From an uncultured Acidobacteriota bacterium (GTDB lineage Bacteria > Acidobacteriota > Vicinamibacteria > Vicinamibacterales > Fen-181), in assembly GCA_963784455.1 (NCBI GenBank), contig CAWARN010000018.1:79541-143540 (forward strand): 64,000 nucleotides of DNA, in the 5' to 3' direction. Numbering within the stretch: the first letter of the stretch is position 1; every line of letters begins with the position of its first letter. This document shows positions 1 to 10,163 of the stretch, in pieces. A model generated the notes under the pieces. It had not been told where the DNA came from. It did no database searches and saw only the letters and a list, made by a program, of their open reading frames with translations. The position numbers and the translations under genes were made by a program.

Positions 1-1
1 C

Positions 2-1649
2 TCCGCGGACAAGACGCTGCGGGTCTGGGATGTCAGCTCCGGCCAGGGGGTGGCCGTGCTGAATGGCCACACGGATGCGGTCCGGTCGGTCGGCATCAGT
101 GCCGACGGGCGGCGCATCGTCTCCGGTTCGGCGGACGGCACGGTTCGCGTCTGGCAGACGCCTCAGGTGCGGCGATTCGATGTGCCGGACTCTCGGCGGA
201 GCGTCCACATTGCAGTGAGCGCCGATCTGAACCGCGTCGCAAGCCTGACGAACGAAGGATTGCAGGTCTGGAGCCCGAATGCTCCCGACATGATCGCGTC
301 TGTGGCTAGCTCCGCCTTCCGCAGTGTGGACAGCAGCTACGGCGCCCTGTCGATGAGCGCAGACGGCCGCAGGCTTGTCTGGATTACCGGCGACGATGCG
401 ATTCGCGTGTGGAACGTGGGCGAGCCAAACGCCACGGTGCTCGGCCGTCATGGTCGGTCGGTGACCGCATTGGCGGTGAGTCCGGACGGCACGCGCGTCG
501 CGTCTGGCGCGGTCGAGAACACGGAGAACTACACCGTTCGAATCTGGGACGTGGAGTCCGGGCGACCGCCACGGATCCTCGCGCAGCCGGGACGAATCGG
601 CGCGTTGGTCTTCAGCCCCGATGGAAAGCATCTCGCAGGCGGCGTTGGCACGTCGGTCGTCGTGTGGGACGTCGAGACAGGGTCCGTCCCCTTCAAAGCG
701 GAAGGACACCAGAAGCAGATCGACTTGCTGGTGTTCAGTCCGAACGGACGACGCCTGGCGTCGGCTTCGTCAACCCCCTGGGCCTCGCTATCGGACGCCG
801 AGCGATCCGTCAGGCTGTGGGACGCCTCGTCTGGCAGGCCTGTGGGCGTATTCAGCGGCCAGCAGGGCCCCGTGATGTCCTTGGCCTTCGATCCCGTCGG
901 AACGCGTGTCGTGTCCGGCCACGACGACGGGACGGTCCAGGTATGGGACGCGATATCGAATCAGCCGCTGCTCAAGTTCGCGGTGACTGCTGGCGCCCTG
1001 CAGTGCCTGCGATTCGGCCCGGACGGGATCCGGCTGCTGGCCGCATCGAGCAGGTTCGCCTTCGTCCTGGACAGCCGCTCTCCGTACGACCCTGGCGTCG
1101 AGCGGATCGTCAGCGATCTGTTCACCGAGCTTGCGTCCAGCGCCGACGTCAGGGCCCGCCTGCGGGCGGATCGCTTGCTGGACGACGCCGTCCGTCAGGC
1201 GGCGCTTGCCCAGGTTGAACGGCGTGGCGATGACCCCAAGCGGCTCAACACCGAGAGCTGGCGGATTGTGAAGGCGCCTGGTGGGCGCCCCGAGGACTAC
1301 ACGCGGGCGGTCGCTTATGCCCGCACCGCGACGCGCCTGGTGCCGTTCCAGCGGAGCTACGTGAATACGCTGGGCGCGGCGTTGTACCGGACGGCGCAGT
1401 ACCGACGAGTGCCTGACGGTCCTGCAGCGCGAGCTGCTCCTCACCGACGAGCCCGGCATCTCGAATCTGGCCTTCACGGCCATGGCGCACTATCGACTCG
1501 GGTCGCACGATAAGGCCGCCGCGGTCCTCGCTCAACTTCGGAAGGCAGCCGCCAACCGCTCCGCCGATCGAGAAGTGGCGGCGCGGCTCGCGGAGGTAGA
1601 AGCACTGCTGCAGGGGAAGCCGTCTGCGCCGGAGCCAGCGCGAAAGTGA
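2..1649 (+). CDS. WD40-repeat protein with TPR-like C-terminal tail; 5' end outside the window; one frame break near 1402
   Basis: Translation from nt 2 gives repeated WD40 units (SADKTLRVWD, LNGHTDAVRSV..SGSADGTVRVWQ, GHDDGTVQVWD). ORF 50..1513 turns to Arg/Ala-rich nonsense after ..YRTAQY. The next frame reads DECLTVLQRELLLTDEPGISNLAFTAMAHYRLGSHDKAAAVLAQLRK.. to TGA 1647-1649. Confidence 0.75.
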
Positions 1650-1794
1650 GCAGGGGAACCATACGATGCTCACCGTGCTGCCTGCAAACGGCTCCGGCCA
1701 CACCGTTGAACACACGACGATGGTCCGGGTGCTGGGAGATAGCGGCCTCGTCGTCCAACCGGTGACGCGAGCCTGGAGTCCCTGCGTCTCCGCA

Positions 1795-2205
1795 ATGACC
1801 GAACCCGAACGCCCCGCCGACGCCCCGTTCCGCCCACGTCGCTTCCCGACCACGCGCTGGAGTGTCGTGCGCGCGGCCGCCGGCACCGCGTCTCCAGAGG
1901 CGCGCGCGGCGCTCGAGTGTCTGTGCAGGACGTATTGGGCGCCGGTCTACGCGTTCGTCCGTCAGTCCGGGCGGTCGGCGGACGACGCGCAGGATCTGAC
2001 TCAGGCCTTCTTCGCCCGGGTCATCGAGAAGGCCGAAGGAGCCGTTCGCGCGGCCGTCCATCGCCTGCGGCGTCGATTCGGGCGTTGCCTGCGCGAAACG
2101 CTGGCCGACACCGTGGACGATCCGGCCGACATCGATGCCGAGCTGGCCTACCTGCTGGACGTCCTGTCGCGGCGTCATCAGGCGAGTTTGCTGGACCAGC
2201 CGTAG
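1795..2205 (+). CDS. ECF-type sigma-70 factor remnant (FPTTRWS class) with apparent in-frame internal deletion
   Basis: ATG 1795 gives MTEPERPADAPFRPRRFPTTRWSVVRAAAG..CLCRTYWAPVYAFVRQSGRSADDAQDLTQAFFARVIEK (region 2). This joins directly to EGAVRAAVHRLRRRFGRCLRETLADTVDDPADIDAELAYLLDVL (region 4). The product is about 136 aa, against roughly 200 or more for this class as I recall it. Confidence 0.6.
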   Translation: MTEPERPADAPFRPRRFPTTRWSVVRAAAGTASPEARAALECLCRTYWAPVYAFVRQSGRSADDAQDLTQAFFARVIEKAEGAVRAAVHRLRRRFGRCLRETLADTVDDPADIDAELAYLLDVLSRRHQASLLDQP

Positions 2206-2209
2206 GGGG

Positions 2210-2229
2210 TAGATACGGTATACTATCTA
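2210..2229 (+). promoter_or_regulatory. Palindromic operator-like site overlapping a TATACT -10 element upstream of brnT
   Basis: TAGATACGGTATACTATCTA has TAGATA/TATCTA arms. TATACT lies at 2219-2224, 12 nt before ATG 2237. The segment is locally AT-rich in otherwise GC-rich DNA. Confidence 0.4.
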
Positions 2230-2236
2230 TACCCTC

Positions 2237-2497
2237 ATGGACTTCGAATTCGACGGGCGAAAGAGCCAGTTGAACATGACGAAACACGGCATCGACTTCG
2301 TCGACGCCCAGGCGCTCTGGGATGACCCCGACCTGTTGGAGGTGCCGCTCAGGGTCCAGGACGAGCCCCGGGCGCTCGTCGTCGGGCGCATCGGCGAGAC
2401 GCACTGGTCGGCCGTCATCACCTACCGGCAGGCGCGCATCCGGATCATCTCCGTGAGGCGATCTCGAGGTGAGGAGCGAGCGTTGTATGAAAGCTAG
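2237..2497 (+). CDS. brnT: BrnT-family (DUF497) ribonuclease toxin
   Basis: 86 aa: MDFEFDGRKSQLNMTKHGIDFVDAQALWDDPDLLEV...RIRIISVRRSRGEERALYES. This matches the BrnT/DUF497 pattern. It overlaps the downstream antitoxin gene. Confidence 0.8.
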   Translation: MDFEFDGRKSQLNMTKHGIDFVDAQALWDDPDLLEVPLRVQDEPRALVVGRIGETHWSAVITYRQARIRIISVRRSRGEERALYES

Positions 2498-2720
2498 GGC
2501 ACTGGACAAGCTGTTCGACGCCGGAGGCGACGTGTCCGGCTTCCTCGAGCTTGCCAACGCGAGGAGGGCCAACCAGACCCCCAGGCGAGTGAACGTGGAC
2601 TTCCCGGCCTGGATGATCCACAGCCTGGACAAGGAGGCCGGCCGGCTAGGCGTGACCCGTCAGTCAATCATCAAGGTCTGGATCTCCGAACGCCTGGGCC
2701 GCACATCCGCGTCGCACTGA
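2487..2720 (+). CDS. brnA: BrnA-family (CopG/RHH-like) antitoxin
   Basis: ATG 2487 lies inside the brnT 3' end (11-nt overlap). Product: MKARALDKLFDAGGDVSGFLELANARRANQTPRRVNVDFPAWMIHSLDKEAGRLGVTRQSIIKVWISERL, typical of BrnA. Confidence 0.75.
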   Translation: MKARALDKLFDAGGDVSGFLELANARRANQTPRRVNVDFPAWMIHSLDKEAGRLGVTRQSIIKVWISERLGRTSASH

Positions 2721-2841
2721 CCCGCCGCCAACTTGGGCAACCAGTTCCTGGCCCGCCCCAGCGCGTGGCGCAGGGAGGTTGCCGCATTGCGCGGAACCGA
2801 GGGGCCTAGACTATCCCACGTCTGAAAGGCCGGCGGGCAGG

Positions 2842-2994
2842 TCAGAGTCGGAGCAGGCGAGCGAGCCACGACTTGGGGCGCGGGCACTGGCAGCGCTCGG
2901 CCGGCGGCACGCCGCGCAGTACCTCGTCCACATGCCGCCCGCAGCCCACCCACGTGGGCTTCCCGCAGATCCGACAGACGCTCCGGTGGCACAT
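2842..2994 (-). CDS. Small cysteine-rich hypothetical protein (about 50 aa)
   Basis: MCHRSVCRICGKPTWVGCGRHVDEVLRGVPPAERCQCPRPKSW.. with CxxC..C.C..CxC spacing. I recall similar small conserved proteins, but the family is not named with confidence. Confidence 0.4.
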   Translation of the reverse strand: MCHRSVCRICGKPTWVGCGRHVDEVLRGVPPAERCQCPRPKSWLARLLRL

Positions 2995-3208
2995 CAGGGC
3001 TGCTCCCCACCTCTCCCTGCCACGCGGCATGGGCCGGACACCATCGACTCTGATCGCGGACTCCTGTCCAGTCTAGCGCAGAGCGACGCGAGTTGCCGCA
3101 ATCGAGGACTTCCCGCAGCCGAGGGTATTGCGCTCGGCGTTCGCTGCCACTACTCTTCCAGACGCGCCCGTCGTCGGCATTCAAGGACACACCCGTCAGG
3201 AGTGACTC

Positions 3209-4544
3209 ATGAGGATGGCGACTCGCGTCCCCTGGATACCCGTCACGCTCGCACTCTCGCTGCTGGGGGCGAGTGCGTCCGCAGACGACTGGCCGACCTG
3301 GCGCGGACCTTCCGGTACCGGCGCCTCGAGCGAAACGCGGCTGCCCCAGTCGTGGAGCGACACCGAGAACATCGCGTGGCGAGCGCGCCTGACCGGTGTC
3401 GGCGTGTCGTCGCCGGTGGTATGGGGCGACCGCGTGTTCGTCACGTCTCAGGTCGGAAGCGGGGCCAGCCGGGAGGGGCCCCGGCTCGGGCAGGGTAGCG
3501 ATGCCTCCCCAACGGAGCGCGCGCTGGCAAGCGGGGCGACAGCGGGGCCGGCCGTGAAGTTCCTCGTCGAGGCGTTCGGCTGCGCCAACGGGCAGCGCGC
3601 GTGGACGTTCGAACTCGCAGCAGAGGGCGACCTTCCCGCGGTCCACGAAAAGCACAACCTCGCAAGTGCGAGCCCGGTCGTCGACGGGGAGCGCGTGTAC
3701 GCGGTGTTCGGTTCAGGGCAGGTCGTCGCCGTGGACATGACAGGCAAGCGAGTCTGGAGCCGGAATCTCGCCAGAGAGTTCGCGCCCTTCGCGATCAACT
3801 GGGGCCCGGCCAGCTCGCCGACGCTGTACCGCGGATCGCTCATCGTCGTGTGCTACCACGAGACCGCGTCGTACCTGCTGGCGCTCGACGCCCGCACGGG
3901 CAAGCAGCTCTGGAAGACCGACCGCCCCAAGGGCGTCCTGTCGTACAGCACTCCCATCGTCGTGCCGGGCCCGCAAGGCGGGGAACTCATCGTGAACTCC
4001 ACCGCGGGCATCGAAGCCTACGACCCGGCGACCGGCGCGGCACTCTGGCACGTTCGACGAACCGATCCGGATGGCCATTCCCGTCGCGATGTACGACAAC
4101 GGTGTCATCTATCTTTCGCGCGGGTACCGCAGCGGCCCGTACATGGCCATCCGCCCGGGAGGGCGGGGCGAGATCTCCAAGACGCACGTGGTGTGGCGCG
4201 TTCCGACCGGCGCCCCGTATGTCTCCTCGCTCCTGTACTACGACGGGCTGCTCTACATGGCGGGCGACACGGGCATCATCACGTGCGTCGACGCGAAGAC
4301 GGGCGAGCAGGTCTGGCGTCAGCGTCTCGGGGGCATCTACACGGCGTCTCCCGTCGCAGGCGACGGCAAGATCTACCTGTTCGCCGAATCGGGCGAAGCC
4401 GTGGTGATGCGCGCGGGGCGAACGCCCGAGGTGCTGGTGCGCAACACGATCGACGGCCGCATCCTGGCATCGCCCGCGATCTCCGGTGGCCGCATCTTCA
4501 TTCGCACCGACGATGGGGTCATCGCGGTCGGCGGGCGGAGGTAA
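3209..4544 (+). CDS. Secreted PQQ-like beta-propeller repeat protein; one frame break near 4052
   Basis: Signal peptide MRMATRVPWIPVTLALSLLGASASA, then DDWPTWRGPSGTG and repeated beta-propeller blades. ORF 3209 is sensible up to ..PATGAALWH. The next frame continues FDEPIRMAIPVAMYDNGVIYLSRGY...GRIFIRTDDGVIAVGGRR (ORF 4071..4544). Confidence 0.75.
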
Positions 4545-4652
4545 CGGCCGCGGTTGCCTCCGGGTGCGAACCTGGCGAATGTGACTGTCGGCGGACGCGA
4601 CGGCCCGCCGCGTCCGAAGATAGGCTAGACTGTCGCTCTCTGGAGGGTCGTG

Positions 4653-6006
4653 ATGCGTGTGCGAGTTGTCGTGATGATGTTCGGTCTTGCGCTGTTCCTC
4701 GGACTGGCTTCAGCGGCGAGGGCGCAGACCCAGCCCACCACGGACAAGGCGGCGTCCGGCGCCGCGGCCCAGGCGGCCCCGGCCGACGATCCTGTGCGCA
4801 CGCTCGTGGGCCGGCTCGACCTGGAGAGATACAAGGCGACCATCAAGGGCCTGACGAAGTTCGGCGACCGGCGCCAGGGCACTGACCGCAACCGGGCCGC
4901 CAACGACTGGATCGAGGCGCAGCTCAAGAGCTACGGCTGCACGCCGACCGAGCGCATCACGTACGACTACCAGCCGGCGCCGCGCGCCGCCGCCGGCGCC
5001 GCGGCGACCGGGGGCGCGCGAGGCGAGGCCGGCGCGCCGCGCGGGCGCTCGCGGCGAGGCGCGCGGCGCGGCAGCGGCCGCGGGGGCCGCGGGCCGCAGG
5101 CCAGGGCGAGGCGGCGGCGCAGGCGGGCGCGGCGGCGCACCGGCACAAGGGCTACCGCGGGCCGACCGGCGTCAACAACGATCCGAAGAAGCAGACCGAC
5201 GTCGAAGCTCCGCGAGCTGGACATGCAGCCGACGACGCCCGGGCCGCGCGAAGAGGTGTACTGCACGAAGGTCGGATCGACCCATCCCGAAGAGATGTAC
5301 ATCGTCGTCGGCGCACATGGACGGCATCGGCTACGCGGAAGGCGGCGAACGACAACGGATCGGGCACGGCGATCGTCATGGAACTGGCGCGCATCTTCAG
5401 CATGCCCGACGTCCAGACCGAGCGGTCGATCCGCTTCATCCTCTGGAACAACGAGGAGACCGGGCTCAACGGCGCGCGCGCCTACGTCGAACAGCGGCGT
5501 GACCTCCAGGGCAAGGAGAACCCGCCCGGGTCCGGCAAGTACCCCGAGCCGAAGTGGCTCGGCATGATCCAGCACGACATGATGCTGTACGACCACGGCA
5601 TGCCGCGCGCCGACGGCACGCTGCCGCCCGAGCAGCGGCCCGAGGCCGACGTCAACGTGGAGTTCGCCGGCACGTCGAAGATGGTGAACGACGCGCAGGC
5701 GCTCGCGTGGGCGCTCAAGAGCGCGAACGACCGCTACGCGACCGACTACCCGGCGACGGTGGGCAACCGGATGTCGAACACCGACTCGGTGCCGTTCCAG
5801 GACATCGTGGCGGCCGTCAGCCTGCGCGAGGCCGAGCGGCTGTCGCAGGTCGGCGCCGGGCTGGGACCCGACCTGGCACACGATCCTCGACATGTACGCG
5901 AACTTCAGCGACAAGGACTTCCGGCTGGGCCTCAACGCCGCTCAGACGACGCTGGCCGGCCGTCGCGCAGCTGACGGGCGCGAAGACCGACGGTGCGAAG
6001 AAGTAG
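4653..6006 (+). pseudogene. M28-family metallopeptidase with about 7 successive +1 frame jumps
   Basis: Signal peptide plus the ..TIKGLTKFGDRRQGTDRNRAANDWIEAQLKSYG motif. The conserved blocks sit in rotating frames: GPTGVNNDPKKQTDV (frame 2), KLRELDMQPTTPGPREEVYCTKVGSTHPEEMYIVVGA (0), MDGIGYAE (1), AANDNGSGTAIVMELARIF...DIVAAVSLREAER (2), WDPTWHTILDMYANFSDKDFRLGLNAAQTTLA (0), AVAQLTGAKTDGAKK (1). Confidence 0.7.
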
Positions 6007-6009
6007 GGG

Positions 6010-6584
6010 CTACGGCGCGAACGCGCGCCACAGGGTGTCGATGGCGCCTTCGAGCACCGCGTCGGGCATGCGCCCGTCGTGGGCGCCCATCCGTTCAAAG
6101 AACGCAACCGACTCGGCAAGGGAGAAGACGAGGAGGGCGGCAGCTCCCGGATCCACTGCGGCGATCCGGCGCGCGTTCCTCTCTCGAGCGAAGAACTCCA
6201 CCAGGCCTCGCCGCAAGGCGTTGAGCGGCGAGTCGGGATGTCGCCGGGCAAACGCCTCGAACTCGAACCCGGGGTAGAGAGCAGCGGCAGCAGCACCGGC
6301 ATCGAGTCGCGGAAGTAGTCCACCATCGCCGCCGTAATGCTCGCCAGCTTGCCGCGGGCGCTGTGGCCCGGAGCCTCGAAGAGCGCCTGGAGATCCACGG
6401 CCGGCAGCGCCATGGCGGCGAAGAACAGATCCGCCTTCGTCGCATATCGCTGGAACACCAGCGCCTCGGACACGCCGGACCGCTTCGCGATCTCCCTGGT
6501 CGTTCCCGCGAATCCGCGCTCGACGAACACATCGCGCGCGCACGTCAGCAGGTCCTCGTCTGAGATGGTCTTCCGTCGTCCCAT
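6010..6584 (-). CDS. TetR/AcrR-family transcriptional regulator; one frame break near 6278
   Basis: N-terminal HTH MGRRKTISDEDLLTCARDVFVERGFAGTTREIAKRSGVSEALVFQRYATKADLF. After ..MPVLLPLLS the sensible reading moves to the frame of ORF 6010..6543 (YPGFEFEAFARRHPDSPLNALRRGLVEFF...DTLWRAFAP). Confidence 0.7.
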
Positions 6585-6678
6585 CGATCTCCGTTCATCC
6601 CGGGACTATGGCCCGCAGGAAACGCGATGGCCGCCGGCGCGCCATGAACGCACGCGCGGCGTTCGTGAGTGCTGCGGG

Positions 6679-7429
6679 TCAGCGCCTGAAGGCTCGGATG
6701 TAGAACGTCGCCGGCGCGGTGCCCTGCTCCAGCACGAGGAAGCCCGCACTCTCCATCATCGTCGTCCATCCCGACCGGATATCGCCGGCCTTGGCGCCGT
6801 GCATCATCGCCGGGCCATACGCGAACCGCATCCAGGCATCGGGGTACATGATCTCGAGAAGGAACTCGCCGCCGGGCCTCACGACGCGCGCCGCCTCGGC
6901 CAGCGCACCCGGAATGTCGTTCCGCGCCAGGTGGTCGATGGCATAGGTGCTGACGATGGCGTCGAACGAGGCGTCCGGGAACGGCAGCCTCCGCATGTCG
7001 GCGGAAACGACTTCGGCGCGCCCGTCGACGCCCGCCGCGCGCAGGTTCGCCTTCAGCTTGTCGGGACCGTGGTCGCTGATGTAGGTCGCGCTGAAGTTGT
7101 CGAGCGCGACCAGCGTCGTCTTCGGCCGCTCCAGCAGGACCATGATCGACGAGCGCCCAGAATCCGGCGCCGATATCGAGGACGCGACCGGCTCCGTCAG
7201 CGAGGTAGGCCGGCGTCGGAATCGTCGGGAGTTCGTTGAAGCGGAAGACGAACTGGACCACGAGGAATGCCGAGAGGGCCCAGACCGCCACTGCTCCGAT
7301 CAAGACCTTCGGCAGCCAGGGCCAGCGGCGAAGCCATGCGAGCAGCAAAAGCGGCACGGCCACACCGAGGACGAGGATGTGGCCGTACATCCACCAGCCG
7401 GTGTATCCAAAGTTAATAAGTGAGCGCAT
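6679..7429 (-). CDS. Class I SAM-dependent methyltransferase with N-terminal membrane segment; one frame break near 7161
   Basis: ORF 6545..7429 gives hydrophobic helices, then ..GRVLDIGAG (motif I). The next frame continues SGRSSIMVLLERPKTTLVALDNFS...FDAIVSTYAIDHL...VVRPGGEFLLE (ORF 6679..7143). Confidence 0.7.
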
Positions 7430-7546
7430 GCTTATATATTGAACGAGGTGCCGTACCCTGTCAAGGCCAGGTGTCCAAACGTAGAGCTAGCGTAAGCGTG
7501 GCTCGCAGGACACCCTCCAAGACAGCTTGGCGGACGGTTCACGCGC

Positions 7547-7897
7547 CTAACGGTGCCGCAGCCCAATTGGACCACGCGAAGGCCGTCGGCGTGGCGACGT
7601 CGCGGTGTGCGAGCTGCCGACTCGAGGAGCCCCGCGCCGTTCCAGCGCATCGTCCGACCAGTTCCACCACTTCAGCAGCTCGGGCTGATGGCGGCTGGTG
7701 TTCGCGAAGTAGACGGCGCAACGAAAGACATATAGCAGGCAGCGGTCCTGGACGACGCCCCGCAGTGCGTTGCTGCGGGCGTAGAGCCGTTCAGGGTCTC
7801 TGCCGCGCAGGCCGGTCGGGTCCTCGACGCCGAGCGCGCGCAGGTCGGCCGCGATGCTCGGCCCCACGCCCGGTATCGCCTGCAGGGGATCCTTCAT
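7547..7897 (-). CDS. Helix-hairpin-helix domain protein (pathogenicity-locus/Cdd1-like)
   Basis: MKDPLQAIPGVGPSIAADLRALGVEDPTGLRGRDPERLYARSNALRGVVQDRCLLYVFRCAVYFANTS..LLKWWNW. Its ATG overlaps the hom stop codon (ATGA). Confidence 0.6.
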   Translation of the reverse strand: MKDPLQAIPGVGPSIAADLRALGVEDPTGLRGRDPERLYARSNALRGVVQDRCLLYVFRCAVYFANTSRHQPELLKWWNWSDDALERRGAPRVGSSHTATSPRRRPSRGPIGLRHR

Positions 7898-8982
7898 TGC
7901 ACCCTCCGCGCCACGGCCACCAGGTCGGTGACGAGCGCATAGGCGGTCTGCGTCAGGCCGCCGCCGAGTTGGGCGACTGCGAACGCGCCGAGCAGGTCGG
8001 TCTCGAGTTGCAGCGCGTTCTGCTGGCCGCCGAGTGTCGAGAATAGGTGCTCCGCCGGCAGCTCCTCGATGCCGACGCGTACGGCCACGTCGGCGCCGCG
8101 CCGTTCTCCCCGCGCGACCAGCCTTAACCTGTTTCCGCGCCCGACGGCCGCCCGCACCGCCGCTCCCGTCAGGTGACCGATGCCGGTGCGCTCCACCTGC
8201 TGCGGCGTCAGCCGTGCGTCCAGCAGGACGTTCGCCAGCGCCGACGCCTTGGCCGCGGCGTCCCATCCGTCCACGTCGAGCGACGCATCGGCTTCGGCGA
8301 TGCCCGCAGCCTGCATGTCGGTCAGCGCGTCTCCGAACTCGCGCCCGTTCTCCATCGCGGTGATGATGAAGTTCGTCGTGCTGTTGACGACACCGCTGAA
8401 GCCGGAGATGCGCACGGCCGGCAGCGTGTCGCGGACCATGTTGAAGACGGGGACGCCATCCATCACGGCGCCCTCGAAGAGAAAGCTCCGATCCGCGGCC
8501 CTCGCGAGCGCCGCGAGTTCGGCGTACGCGAACGCCGCCGGCCCCTTGTTGGCGGTGATGACGTGTGCGCCGGCGCGCAGACCCGCCCGCACGTGGTCAA
8601 TTGCAGGCTGACCGGCGTCAATGTCCAGGACCGTCGTTTCGACGACGACGAGCGGCCGGGTGCTGCCAGCCTGGCGCGTCGCTTCCGCCAGTTGCTCGAT
8701 CAACGCCACGCCGGACGCCGGCGGCAGCGCGAGCAGTGCGGCGGTCGAGCCCTGCGCGTCGATTGCGGCCAGCGGCTCACCGCGCTCCACGAGTTCCAGC
8801 GCTCGCGCAAGGTCGAGGCCGTGCAAGTCCCGGGCGACGCCGTGCCTCGCCGTCGCGATCCCGATGACACGCCAGTCGATCTGATGAACGGCACGCAGTT
8901 CGTCGGCGCGCTCGTCCAGGAGGCGGACGAACCGCCGCCCGACATTGCCGAAACCGATCAGGACGAGATCGGGACAGAACAT
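7894..8982 (-). CDS. hom: Homoserine dehydrogenase
   Basis: 362 aa: LIGFGNVGRRFVRLL (NAD-binding site), ..HVITANKGPAAFAYAEL.., FLFEGAVMDGVPVFNMV.., SGFSGVVNSTTNFIIT.., DASLDVDGWDAAAKASALANV. These are hallmark Hom motifs. Confidence 0.9.
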   Translation of the reverse strand: MFCPDLVLIGFGNVGRRFVRLLDERADELRAVHQIDWRVIGIATARHGVARDLHGLDLARALELVERGEPLAAIDAQGSTAALLALPPASGVALIEQLAEATRQAGSTRPLVVVETTVLDIDAGQPAIDHVRAGLRAGAHVITANKGPAAFAYAELAALARAADRSFLFEGAVMDGVPVFNMVRDTLPAVRISGFSGVVNSTTNFIITAMENGREFGDALTDMQAAGIAEADASLDVDGWDAAAKASALANVLLDARLTPQQVERTGIGHLTGAAVRAAVGRGNRLRLVARGERRGADVAVRVGIEELPAEHLFSTLGGQQNALQLETDLLGAFAVAQLGGGLTQTAYALVTDLVAVARRVQ

Positions 8983-8993
8983 GGGCTCAAGGC

Positions 8994-10106
8994 TCAGGGC
9001 TCAAGGAGTTGCTCCAGCCGCGACAACCCTTCCAACAGTTCCGCCGCCGGGCCTCCGAAGCCGATGCGGAGGAAGCCGTCCATTCCGAAGTGGCCGCCCG
9101 GCACCACCAGCACCCCCTTCTCCTCGCGCAGTCTCGTCGTCAGCGCAACGGAGTCGATCGGCCGACGGTAGCGCAGGTAGACGATCGCCCCGGCCTCCGG
9201 CGGGATGAAGGAGAACAGACCGGGCCTCGCTGACAGCCACGCCGACAGCGCCGGCCAGTTCGCGTTCAGGATGCCTCGGGTCCGCGCCAGGATGCGCGCG
9301 CGAGTCGCGGGCGCCAGGGCGATCGCGGCCAGCCGGTCGCTGACCGCGCCGGGCGCGATGCTCGTGTAGTCGTGGTGCGCCCACGTGTTCTCGACGAACG
9401 CCGGCGGCCCGATGATCCAGCCGATGCGGAGGCCGGGCAGGCCGTATGCCTTTGACAGGCCGCTGGTGACCAGCGCGCGCTCGTAGCGGCCCCAGACCGA
9501 CGGCGTCTCGCCGCCCGACAACTCGGCACCGCGGTAGATCTCGTCGGACAGCACCCATGTCCCGTACCGCCCGGCCTCGCGGCAGATCGCGTCAAGCGTC
9601 GCCGCGTCGAAGCAGGCGCCGGTCGGGTTGTTCGGATTGCAGATGATCACGAGCTTCGTCTTCGGCGTGAGCAGCGACCGAAGTTCGTCCACGTCGGGCC
9701 GCCAGCGGCCGTCGCACTCGCGGAGCGGCCACTCCCGAACCGTTCCCGCGAACGCGTGCGCCAGGCCCCACGTCTGCATGTAGTTCGGCGCCATCATCAC
9801 GACTTCGTCGCCAGGATCCAGCAGGCTCCACGTCGCGCAGAAGTTCGCTTCGGACCCGCCGTTCGTCACGTGGATGTGGTCTGGGGTCGCGCCCGGGTAG
9901 AGCGCCGCGATGGCCGAACGCAGCGGGATCGTGCCGTTTGTCTGCGTGTATCCGAGCGCCACGTCCAGCAGACGCCGGCGGTCGCCCTCGCCGTCCAGCA
10001 GTTCGCCGACCGTGAGTGGGTGTACGCCGCTCTCCGACAGGTTGATCTCGACCTGGTTTTCCCAGGTGGACTGCATCCGCTCCATTTCGAACGGGACGAT
10101 CTTCAC
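8994..10106 (-). CDS. PLP-dependent aminotransferase, class I/II
   Basis: GTG 10106 gives VKIVPFEMERMQSTWENQVEINLSESGVHPL...ICNPNNPTG...SGLSKAYGLPGLRIGW (PLP-lysine motif). The upstream 375 codons of ORF 8994..11234 are read-through across a divergent promoter and another gene. Confidence 0.85.
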   Translation of the reverse strand: MKIVPFEMERMQSTWENQVEINLSESGVHPLTVGELLDGEGDRRRLLDVALGYTQTNGTIPLRSAIAALYPGATPDHIHVTNGGSEANFCATWSLLDPGDEVVMMAPNYMQTWGLAHAFAGTVREWPLRECDGRWRPDVDELRSLLTPKTKLVIICNPNNPTGACFDAATLDAICREAGRYGTWVLSDEIYRGAELSGGETPSVWGRYERALVTSGLSKAYGLPGLRIGWIIGPPAFVENTWAHHDYTSIAPGAVSDRLAAIALAPATRARILARTRGILNANWPALSAWLSARPGLFSFIPPEAGAIVYLRYRRPIDSVALTTRLREEKGVLVVPGGHFGMDGFLRIGFGGPAAELLEGLSRLEQLLEP

Positions 10107-10163
10107 AGGCGCCCTCCCTCGCGGCCATGCCCGGCCACTCGCCGCGCGGTATATGCTACTTCG

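Noticed and set aside
1666-1794. First 43 codons of ORF 1666..2205 as part of the sigma factor
   Set aside because: The family N-terminus (..RRFPTTRWSVV) is reached directly from ATG 1795. The upstream codons overlap the tail region of the WD40/TPR gene and have no coding character.
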